Positions 56,790 through 64,000 of a stretch of DNA of 64,000 bases are shown here, in pieces (position 1 is the first letter of the stretch; the number at the start of each line of letters is the position of its first letter). The notes under the pieces were generated by a model. The model was not told the DNA's origin. It saw nothing but the letters and a program-made list of their open reading frames with translations, and did no database searches. Origin of the DNA: Actinobacteria bacterium RBG_16_68_21 (GTDB taxonomy: Bacteria; Actinomycetota; Acidimicrobiia; Spongiisociales; UBA11373). The stretch lies in assembly GCA_001767695.1 (NCBI GenBank), contig MELR01000015.1, positions 39,887 through 103,886 on the forward strand, given 5' to 3'. The translations under genes and the position numbers were made by a program.

Positions 56790-58575
56790 CCCCGATCCCG
56801 CGGGGGTTGTACTCCCTGATCTCCCAGTAGCCCTCATAGTGCCACGTCCACTCGTCGATGGTCTCGTATCCCTCGGGATGCGTGACGTAGCGGTAGACGT
56901 CGACTGTCCACCCCGGGGTGCCGGCCTGGGTGACGGTGGCGGTCCCAGGCGTGCAGTTGAGCTCTGCGTCGTCGGTGTTCTCCCGGGTCTCCTTGCGGGG
57001 AGACGTGTAGTTGTAGCGGTCCGAAAGACCGGCCGTGATCTCGAGACCCCCGTTGTCCCCGTAGATCTTGACGGTCACCGAAGTGTCGGTATACGAGGTG
57101 CGGATCAGGATGGCGTTGGCCGTGTTGTTCCTGAAGATGAGCTCGGGGTCGCGCCACCCGAGGGTTGCCTCCCGTCCTTCCGGGTATCGGCTGAACCAGA
57201 TGGTGTGCGGCATGTGGTAGACGTCTTCGAGCCCTGCAAAGAACGACGCGTTGTAGATCGTGGTGGTGAACTGGCTGGTGCCGCCTCCGATGCAGATCTC
57301 CCCCTCCTCGACGATCTCGCCGCCGATGAGGGCTCCGGCGCACACATATCCCTTGGCGACCGTGCGCTTGCCGACGACGTCGTTGAGCGAGAAGTTCTCA
57401 CCCGACATGATCATCGTCCCGTCTACGTCGTCGGCGATCTGGTGGATGTTGGTCACCCGCGCCGCGCAGCACGGGTGGAAGGTGGTGAATTCCCCGATGA
57501 GCCCGCTGATGCCCAGGGCTTTGGCGTCCGCGGTCGAAAACGGCGCCTCGCGCCCGTCGTGGTAGGGGAGATCTCCGGTGCGCCCCGGGTTGGCGGCCGC
57601 GCTCAACACCGCATCGACGAGGGCGGCCGGGTCGGGTTCCTGGACCGGCGTGCTCGGCAGGATCGTCACCTCGTCGGTCTCGACGTCCGCCTGGATCTCG
57701 GCGTCGGCCGGGGCGGTCTCGAGTGAGGGACCGAATGCGGCGACATAGTTGCCGATGACTCCGGGATCGAGCGTGATCAGGAAGCTCGGCGCTTCGCCCG
57801 AGTCGTCGCGTGTCACCCGCAGAGCTTCTCCGATCACGTTGTCGGGGATCGTTATCGACCTGTCGAATTCCGAATTGACGAGCGTCACGTCCCCGTCGAT
57901 GAGGTGGCGGGCTTCTACGACCGCGGCGTCGATGTCACCGCTCTGCAACGGTGCGGGAAGAACCCGCGTGGGCAGGGTGACCACCGGTGCGTCTGGGACC
58001 GCCAGCACGGCGGCAAGTGCCTGCACGGCCTGATCGGAGTCGATGCCGATGCCGTCGGCGGGGTACTGGTAGACGATGGCTCCGTCCTCGACCGTGACAT
58101 CGCCGGGGAAGGGCGGATCGGCGATGCCCTCGGCTTCCCACCCGGCGACGATGCTCGCCAGGGCTGCCTGGTCGTAGTCGTAGCTCACCGCGATGTCGCG
58201 ACTCCCCGAGCCAAACCGGGTCAGCCAGGAGCCGAACTGGCGGAAGACGCTGCCGGTGCGGCCGTTGTGCAGCGCCTCGTCGAGGATCGCCTGCTCATCG
58301 ATGCCGAATCCGATCTGGCGCGGATCGAGATCGAACCGATGTCCGGCGACCACCGCCGGGACGGGGCGGGAGGCAAGGGATTCCTCAAGACCGCGAACGC
58401 GGGCGAGAGCGGCGTTCTCGTCGAGACCGCCGATGTCCACCCCGTCCACGGTGACGCTTCCCAGCACCTCGCCCCCGTTGGAGACCCGGTCGATGCCGTA
58501 GACGAGCACCACCATCGCCACCAGCGAACCGGCGACCAGAAGTGCGAGACGGAGGGGTGCGGGGACGTTCAGCAT
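56752..58575 (-). CDS. VanW family protein (membrane-anchored, with an upstream peptidoglycan-binding-like region).
   Basis: FSLNDVVGKRTVAKGYVCAGALIGGEIVEEGEICIGGGTSQFTTTIYNASFFAGL is the VanW core. N-terminal TM. Confidence 0.75.
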   Translation of the reverse strand: MLNVPAPLRLALLVAGSLVAMVVLVYGIDRVSNGGEVLGSVTVDGVDIGGLDENAALARVRGLEESLASRPVPAVVAGHRFDLDPRQIGFGIDEQAILDEALHNGRTGSVFRQFGSWLTRFGSGSRDIAVSYDYDQAALASIVAGWEAEGIADPPFPGDVTVEDGAIVYQYPADGIGIDSDQAVQALAAVLAVPDAPVVTLPTRVLPAPLQSGDIDAAVVEARHLIDGDVTLVNSEFDRSITIPDNVIGEALRVTRDDSGEAPSFLITLDPGVIGNYVAAFGPSLETAPADAEIQADVETDEVTILPSTPVQEPDPAALVDAVLSAAANPGRTGDLPYHDGREAPFSTADAKALGISGLIGEFTTFHPCCAARVTNIHQIADDVDGTMIMSGENFSLNDVVGKRTVAKGYVCAGALIGGEIVEEGEICIGGGTSQFTTTIYNASFFAGLEDVYHMPHTIWFSRYPEGREATLGWRDPELIFRNNTANAILIRTSYTDTSVTVKIYGDNGGLEITAGLSDRYNYTSPRKETRENTDDAELNCTPGTATVTQAGTPGWTVDVYRYVTHPEGYETIDEWTWHYEGYWEIREYNPRGIGVNGDLQPGCRTG

Positions 58576-58630
58576 GCGCGGGGAGCGGGATTGTACCGGC
58601 GACCAGTGCTATCGAAGGTGATCGCCGGGG

Positions 58631-59092
58631 TCACGGGACGAGTTCGGCGACGAGCCGCCCGGCGTGTCCTTTCGCCTTGACGTTTCTCCAGACTCGCTCG
58701 ATCAGGCCGTCGGCACCGATGACGAAGGTGGAGCGGATGATCCCCTGGTACTCGCGGCCGTAGTCCGTCTTGGTTCCCCATGCGCCGTAGGCGGCGGCGA
58801 CCGTGTGGTCGGCGTCCGACAGCATCGGAAACGACAGTCGGTGCTCCCGGCGGAACCTGGCGAGTACCGCGACCGGGTCCGGGCTCACGCCGGCGATGGC
58901 GTACCCCGCCCGGTCGAGCGAGGTGGTCGCGTCGCGGAAGTCACATGCCTCGGTGGTGCAGCCGGGAGTGAATGCTTTGGGGTAGAAGTAGAGGACGAGA
59001 CCTTTTCCCGAGAAGTCCGCCAGCGAGACCTGAGTCCCGGCGTCGTCGGGAAGGCTGAAGTCCGGCGCCCGATCCCCGATGTCGATGGTCAT
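58631..59092 (-). CDS. bcp: Thiol peroxidase Bcp (peroxiredoxin Q).
   Basis: GDRAPDFSLPD...VLYFYPKAFTPGCTTEACDFRD. Confidence 0.85.
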   Translation of the reverse strand: MTIDIGDRAPDFSLPDDAGTQVSLADFSGKGLVLYFYPKAFTPGCTTEACDFRDATTSLDRAGYAIAGVSPDPVAVLARFRREHRLSFPMLSDADHTVAAAYGAWGTKTDYGREYQGIIRSTFVIGADGLIERVWRNVKAKGHAGRLVAELVP

Positions 59093-59122
59093 CCCGCGAT
59101 GGTGGCACAAACCCGGACGCGG

Positions 59123-60148
59123 TCAACCGCCGGAACTCACCCGGAGTTGGCCGCAGGCGGCATCGATCTCGATGCCGCGGGTGTCGCGCAGAGTCACGGT
59201 CGCTCCGGTTCGGCGAACCTCATCGACGAATTGGTCGATGCGTGCCTTCGGGGGACGCTTCTGCGGGGCCAGCGGCGTCGGATTCATGGGGATCACATTC
59301 ACGTGCGCCCTGAGCTCACGGGCAATCGCTCCCAGAGCACGAGCCTGATCGGGGGTGTCGTTGACCTCGCTCATCAGCGTCCACTCCAGGGTCACCCGCC
59401 TGCCCTTCTCCGCTCGGAACCGGGCGGCGGCGGCGAGGATGTGATCGAGCGGGTAGCGGTGGTTCAGCGGTACCAGGGTCTCCCGGAGGTGGTCGTCGGC
59501 GGCATGGAGGCTCAGTGCCAGCGTTACCGGCCAGGGCTCGGTCGCCAGCCGGTCGATTCCCGGCGTCACGCCGACGGTGGAAACCGTGATCGAACGCGCC
59601 GACAACCCCATCACCTCGACGATGCGGCGAATCGCCTCGCGTACGTTGGGGTAGTTGGCCAGCGGCTCCCCCATGCCCATGAACACCACGTTGCCGACCC
59701 GCGCAGGCGAACGCGGCATCGGGTTCGCCCGGAGATGAGCGGCGGCGTATGCCACCTGGGCGACTATCTCGCCCGCGGTGAGGTGTCGGTCGAAGCCGAA
59801 CTGCCCCGTAGCGCAGAAGGTGCAGGCCATCGCACATCCCGCCTGACTGCTGATGCACAGGGTCGTGCGATGGGGATAGCCCATGAGCACCGCCTCGATG
59901 GCCGCTCCGTCGCCGGCGCGGAACAGCCACTTGATCGTCGCCCCGTCGTCGGTGGTGCGTTCGGCCTCGACACGAAACGGCCACAGACGATCGGCCAGAT
60001 CGCGTCGCAGCGACAGGGGGAGGTTGGTCATCTGTTCGGCGTCGAGCACTGGGTGCAGGTAGAGCCACTCGCGAAGCTGATCGATTCGATACCGGGGCTC
60101 GCCGGGGAGAAGCGCCCCCAGGGCATCGGGGTCGGTGGCGTAGGGCAT
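59123..60148 (-). CDS. rlmN: 23S rRNA / tRNA (adenine-C2)-methyltransferase RlmN (radical SAM).
   Basis: CISSQAGCAMACTFCATGQ is the CxxxCxxC cluster. VFMGMGEPL. Confidence 0.85.
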   Translation of the reverse strand: MPYATDPDALGALLPGEPRYRIDQLREWLYLHPVLDAEQMTNLPLSLRRDLADRLWPFRVEAERTTDDGATIKWLFRAGDGAAIEAVLMGYPHRTTLCISSQAGCAMACTFCATGQFGFDRHLTAGEIVAQVAYAAAHLRANPMPRSPARVGNVVFMGMGEPLANYPNVREAIRRIVEVMGLSARSITVSTVGVTPGIDRLATEPWPVTLALSLHAADDHLRETLVPLNHRYPLDHILAAAARFRAEKGRRVTLEWTLMSEVNDTPDQARALGAIARELRAHVNVIPMNPTPLAPQKRPPKARIDQFVDEVRRTGATVTLRDTRGIEIDAACGQLRVSSGG

Positions 60149-60156
60149 CGCCGCGA

Positions 60157-60513
60157 TCAATCGGTGAGCCGGCGGGCCAGGTCGATCCACTCGATCGCCC
60201 TGGCTTCGGGAACCCCGGCGGCCTCGGCGACCCTCGCCGCAGGTGTCGCCACCAGATCGACGAAGCGGTTGATGCCCGCGGCCGCCAGCCTGGCCCGGTA
60301 GGCCGGTCCGATGCCCCGGATCAGCGTGAGGTCGTCCCCGGCGACGGAGGAGTGCGGATCAGAAGTCGGCACCACCCGAAAAACCGGAGGGCGCGGCGGT
60401 GCCGACGGCAGGATTTCCGGCCCCATCAGCCGATCGCGCAGCATCCAGACGACCGCTACCACGCCGGCCCCGATCCCGATGAGGACACCGGCAATCTTCG
60501 AAGTTCTGCGCAC
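60157..60513 (-). CDS. Membrane-anchored helix-hairpin-helix (DUF4332-like) protein.
   Basis: N-terminal TM. DDLTLIRGIGPAYRARLAAAGINRFVDL is an HhH. Confidence 0.55.
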   Translation of the reverse strand: MRRTSKIAGVLIGIGAGVVAVVWMLRDRLMGPEILPSAPPRPPVFRVVPTSDPHSSVAGDDLTLIRGIGPAYRARLAAAGINRFVDLVATPAARVAEAAGVPEARAIEWIDLARRLTD

Positions 60514-60591
60514 CAGCCGATTCTACGGCTCCCGGGGTCATCGAACCGGCGGTGGATCCGAGCCCTGAATTGGCATCGTTACGATTGCCGG

Positions 60592-61737
60592 ATGGACCGC
60601 ATGTTCGGCTTGGCAGTCATCATCGCCATGTTGCTCGACCCGGCGGGCGGGGCCGTCGCCCAGCAGTCGGCAGGTCGATGCGGTGAGCGCTTCGGGGACT
60701 CCGTGTTCGAGACGTCGGCAGCCGCCGGCACGGTGCTGGTCTACGGCTCGGGACTGGTGCCCGAGTTGACCGACCGGTTTGCGGCCGATTTCGCCGAGCT
60801 GGCGATTCCCCTCCAGGCGGAGATGGGCGGCTTGGACGACGACGTTGCGGTGTGCATCTTCGCGGACGGTATCCCCCTGGACGGGCAGGCGCTCGGATGG
60901 CCGGAGGGGCAGCGGCTCCACGCGGTTGCCTTTGGTGAGGAACGCCTGGTGGTGCTCTCGTCGTACATGATCCGGGTGGTGCCGGATGCCGGACGAGCGG
61001 GACTGCTGCACGTGGCGATGTGGCAAGTCTCCGGGGGCAGCTACCCGCAGCCCTTCGGGACCGACGTGGCCGGGTGGTACCGCAACCGAATCGGCGATCA
61101 GGTCGAGATCGTCCATCGGCAGTTCGTCCGTCTCAACATCGGGCTCAGTGAGCCGTGGCCTCCGTCCCAGTGGGCGGTGGGGCGCATGGTGGAGCCCCTC
61201 CTGTGGAACCCCGAGTTCGGCTACGGCGGAAACGGCGACTTCACCAACTACGCCGTGGCGACCGCGGGAAACACCGTGTTGTCCAACCCTCTGGGCTCGA
61301 ATCTCGACACGCTGGATGCAGGGTGGCGGCAGCTGTTGTGGGAGGAGTCCGACCCGATCCCCGGCGGAAGCAAGGGATGGGTGACCGGACTGGTCCTCAT
61401 CATCCTCGCGGTCGTCGCCGGGATCGCCATGGCCTGGTGGGGGCACGCCACCCGCAAACGGCTGGAGCGAGAGCTCCGCGAGGCGGTGGCGCGAGAGCGG
61501 CGCACTGCGATGCCGGTTCCCGAGCTTGTGGCGGTGCGGCCGTCAGACCCCGTCGGCAAGGGCCGAGGAGACGCGGGGATCGGCGGCGGCGTGTCGAGTG
61601 CCGTCGGGCGAAAGCCGGATCACGGAAACCGGGCCCCATCCCTGGGGAACCGCCGGGCCCCGGCCGACAATGTGCCCCCGCCGGGTGAGTCCGGAGACGA
61701 CCTCTTCCGACATCCCGGGTTCGACGAGCAGAGCTGA
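60592..61737 (+). CDS. Hypothetical exported protein with a C-terminal TM helix. The 3' end overlaps ggt convergently, so its extent is doubtful.
   Basis: ATG at 60592. Signal-like MFGLAVIIAMLLDPAGGAVAQQ. A TM helix at WVTGLVLIILAVVAGIAMAWW. The last 65 codons, about 195 nt, run antisense to ggt. Confidence 0.4.
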   Translation: MDRMFGLAVIIAMLLDPAGGAVAQQSAGRCGERFGDSVFETSAAAGTVLVYGSGLVPELTDRFAADFAELAIPLQAEMGGLDDDVAVCIFADGIPLDGQALGWPEGQRLHAVAFGEERLVVLSSYMIRVVPDAGRAGLLHVAMWQVSGGSYPQPFGTDVAGWYRNRIGDQVEIVHRQFVRLNIGLSEPWPPSQWAVGRMVEPLLWNPEFGYGGNGDFTNYAVATAGNTVLSNPLGSNLDTLDAGWRQLLWEESDPIPGGSKGWVTGLVLIILAVVAGIAMAWWGHATRKRLERELREAVARERRTAMPVPELVAVRPSDPVGKGRGDAGIGGGVSSAVGRKPDHGNRAPSLGNRRAPADNVPPPGESGDDLFRHPGFDEQS

Positions 61738-63129
61738 CCGCTCACCCTCGCCTGTCTGGTCGCTGTGCCATCGCGGCGAAGCCTGGGCGTCGGTCGGCTC
61801 GAGACCGACGTGGAGCAGCAGAGCACCCATCTGGGCGAGGTACTGCGGCTGCTGGTGACCGCCGCGCGTGCCCAGCGTCATTGCCACCCGATCACCCCGG
61901 GTCCACAGCGTCGGTGCCAGCGTGTGGAGGGGCCGCTTTCCCGGCGCTGCCTCGTTGGGATGTTCGGGCACCAAGCTGAAGCCGGCGCCGCGATTGTGGA
62001 GGAACACTCCGGTGGCCCCGGCGGCGATGCCGCTCCCGATGCCGGTGAAGTTCGACTGGATCAGCGACACCGCCATGTCATCACGGTCGACCACGCACAG
62101 GAAGGCGGTGCCTCCCGGGGCCGGCTGAAGATCCGGCCAGGTGGCCACTCCGTCGGGGACGATGAACCTGGCCCGCGCCATCACCCGCTCCGGGTCGAGG
62201 AGCACCGCTGCCGAGAGGGGGATGTGGCGGGGATCGGCGACCAGGCCATCGCGCTCCCATGCCACCGCTCGGTACGCCTCGATGACCGTGTGGTGGAAGG
62301 CGGGATCCTCCGGGTCGGGCGGAGGGCCCAGTGCCTCGATGAGCATCAGGGCGGCGATGGTCAGGTAACCCTGGCTGTTGGGGGGAACCGTCCACCCGGT
62401 CAGCCCGAACAGGTCGGCCCCGGCCGGTTCCACCCAGTCGGAGGTGTTTGCGGCCAGGTCGTCGGCGGTGAGGATCCTGCCGGTGGCGGCAACGATCGCT
62501 TGGGCAACCGGTCCCTCATAGAAGGCGGCGCGGCCGGCGGCGGCGATTCCGGCGAGGGTGCGGGCGAGGTCGGGCCGACGGAGGACGGCGCCGGACGCCG
62601 GTGGCCCGTCGCCCGGGTAGAGGGCAGTGGCGGACGGCTGACCGAAGACGATCGACTGGGAGCGGGTCAGGTCGGAGGCCAGTTCGGCGGTGACCTCGAA
62701 GCCCTGCTCGCCGAAGGCGATTGCCGGCGTCAGCAGCTCGGCGAGCGGGCGAGTGCCGTGACGGGCCGCCAGCGCTTCCCATCCGTCGACGCATCCGGGA
62801 ACGGTGATCGCCGCCGGATCTCGCAGCGGGATCGTCGCGTGACCGGCGGCGCGTATTGCGGAGGCATCGAGCCCGGAGCCGCCACGCCCCGATGCATTGA
62901 GGACCTCCGGCCGGGTCATCCCGGGGCGGTGCACGATGGCGAACAGGTCCCCGCCGACGCCGCAGGTGGTGGGGAGCACCATGCCGAGGACCGCATTGGC
63001 CGCGATCGCGGCATCGACCGCGTTGCCGCCCGCCCGTATCACGTCGAGGGCGGAGGAGGTGGCGAGCCGGTGCGGAGTCACCGCGACTCCGCCCCTTCCT
63101 GTGAACGCGCTCACCCGGTGGTCGACCAT
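61543..63129 (-). CDS. ggt: Gamma-glutamyltransferase.
   Basis: 528 aa. The GGT catalytic-threonine region RPLHTLAPTLW and GTRGGHQQPQ. Confidence 0.85.
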   Translation of the reverse strand: MVDHRVSAFTGRGGVAVTPHRLATSSALDVIRAGGNAVDAAIAANAVLGMVLPTTCGVGGDLFAIVHRPGMTRPEVLNASGRGGSGLDASAIRAAGHATIPLRDPAAITVPGCVDGWEALAARHGTRPLAELLTPAIAFGEQGFEVTAELASDLTRSQSIVFGQPSATALYPGDGPPASGAVLRRPDLARTLAGIAAAGRAAFYEGPVAQAIVAATGRILTADDLAANTSDWVEPAGADLFGLTGWTVPPNSQGYLTIAALMLIEALGPPPDPEDPAFHHTVIEAYRAVAWERDGLVADPRHIPLSAAVLLDPERVMARARFIVPDGVATWPDLQPAPGGTAFLCVVDRDDMAVSLIQSNFTGIGSGIAAGATGVFLHNRGAGFSLVPEHPNEAAPGKRPLHTLAPTLWTRGDRVAMTLGTRGGHQQPQYLAQMGALLLHVGLEPTDAQASPRWHSDQTGEGERSALLVEPGMSEEVVSGLTRRGHIVGRGPAVPQGWGPVSVIRLSPDGTRHAAADPRVSSALADGV

Positions 63130-63227
63130 GGGAGAACCCTAGGCCCGTCCTGCCCCATGCCTGGCTCGCGTCCCGGGGGAGGCGACCCTCCCCGGGTGAC
63201 GAGGCATCGGCGTCAGGTCGTGTTTTC

Positions 63228-63968
63228 TCAGGACCGGCTGATTCTCCGATTGAGGGCGTCGAGAACGGCGCGCACGGTGGCCTCCGAGTCGTCACCGTGA
63301 CTCAACGCCGACCCTACCGAGACCTCCTCGCCGCGCTCACCGGTGGAGACGACGACCACCACCATGACGGTCCGCATTCCGACGGCAGGGGAGCCGACCG
63401 CATCGAGAGCGAGGGCCTCATCGGGGAGGAGGTCCTCCACTGCCCGCAGGGCGGCCTCGCCGACGAGGCGCAGCCGGGCCGAGGGTGCCGCCGGGCCGGT
63501 GGCGGTGCCGACGTACTCCTGACCGTGCCAGCCGAGCGTCACCGCCACGGTGGTCCGGGCACCTTCGGGAATCTCGTGGACTCCCATGATCGCCGGGCGA
63601 TCGTCTCCGGGATCGATCCGATCCGGACCGATCTGCACCACTGAGATGGCGCGCCGGTCGATGGTGATCCCGAAGCGGGCGAGGGCCAGCGTCTGCACGT
63701 CGCGCACCACCTGCTTGGGAGCCTTGTCGGGAGAGGCGAGCACGTGCACCTCACGGATGCCGTCCTTGCCGCCGGCGACTCGCACCGCGTTCACCGACGG
63801 CAGGCGGGCCAGCGTCTCCTCGAGCTCATGCATGTCCACCGTGTTCGACTCCCCGACCTGGACGGCCGCAACGCCTCGCCACCACCACATAGCGTAGTCA
63901 TATCGGTCACCGAGTGTCAGGACGAGTTGTGGTCCGGAGGCGGCGGCACGACGACCCCCGAAGGTCAC
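63228..63968 (-). CDS. Hypothetical protein. The N-terminus may extend beyond the window.
   Basis: 246-aa ORF with coding-like composition. No family recognised. Confidence 0.35.
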   Translation of the reverse strand: MTFGGRRAAASGPQLVLTLGDRYDYAMWWWRGVAAVQVGESNTVDMHELEETLARLPSVNAVRVAGGKDGIREVHVLASPDKAPKQVVRDVQTLALARFGITIDRRAISVVQIGPDRIDPGDDRPAIMGVHEIPEGARTTVAVTLGWHGQEYVGTATGPAAPSARLRLVGEAALRAVEDLLPDEALALDAVGSPAVGMRTVMVVVVVSTGERGEEVSVGSALSHGDDSEATVRAVLDALNRRISRS

Positions 63969-64000
63969 CGGCCGCCCGAGATCGCGAAATCCAACACCAC

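Noticed and set aside
58664-60301. 545-aa plus-strand ORF antisense to bcp and rlmN.
   Set aside because: The radical-SAM CxxxCxxC motif and the peroxiredoxin motifs are on the minus strand.

Overview
This 64 kb window looks like high-GC (about 70%) actinobacterial chromosome. It is densely packed with roughly 70 genes on both strands, and many same-strand neighbours overlap by 4 nt (GTGA or ATGA), which suggests translational coupling. Most of the 3-frame GC-rich ORFs in the supplied track are antisense or out-of-frame artefacts. I chose real frames by recognisable protein families, amino-acid composition and gene junction geometry.

Core genes I recognise include:
- formiminotransferase-cyclodeaminase
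- a beta-phosphoglucomutase-like HAD hydrolase followed by a GH65 sugar phosphorylase
- an ABC-2 exporter pair
- F420-type LLM oxidoreductase
- 6-phosphofructokinase
- pirin
- a chagasin-type protease inhibitor
- an RRM RNA-binding protein
- 2-oxoacid:ferredoxin oxidoreductase alpha and beta subunits
- two MMPL transporters, each with a TetR regulator
- a class-I aminotransferase coupled to a divergent transketolase-family protein
- TypA/BipA
- an SDR oxidoreductase
- an ArsR-like regulator with an SRPBCC/AHSA1 protein
- an LCP family protein
- NAD-malic enzyme
- a LysE exporter
- an arginase-family hydrolase
- a VanW-like protein
- Bcp peroxiredoxin
- RlmN
- gamma-glutamyltransferase

Accessory or unusual content:
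- Three secreted RTX-type (GGxGxD) calcium-binding repeat proteins. One is fused to a type-1 copper cupredoxin domain, and a decayed duplicate of a gene 3' end lies next to them.
- A lower-GC islet carrying LuxR-like and excisionase-like HTH genes and an internally tandem-duplicated Arr (rifampin ADP-ribosyltransferase family) gene.
- A tightly overlapped XRE-HTH plus nucleotidyltransferase-fold gene pair behind an AT-rich promoter, which I read as a toxin-antitoxin or abortive-infection-like module.
- A 22-residue polyproline, membrane-anchored prokaryotic PLA2-like protein coupled to a second membrane-anchored exoprotein.
- A heptanucleotide microsatellite in a promoter region.
- A histidine-kinase remnant and a frameshifted ArsR gene.

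I saw no rRNA, tRNA or CRISPR array.
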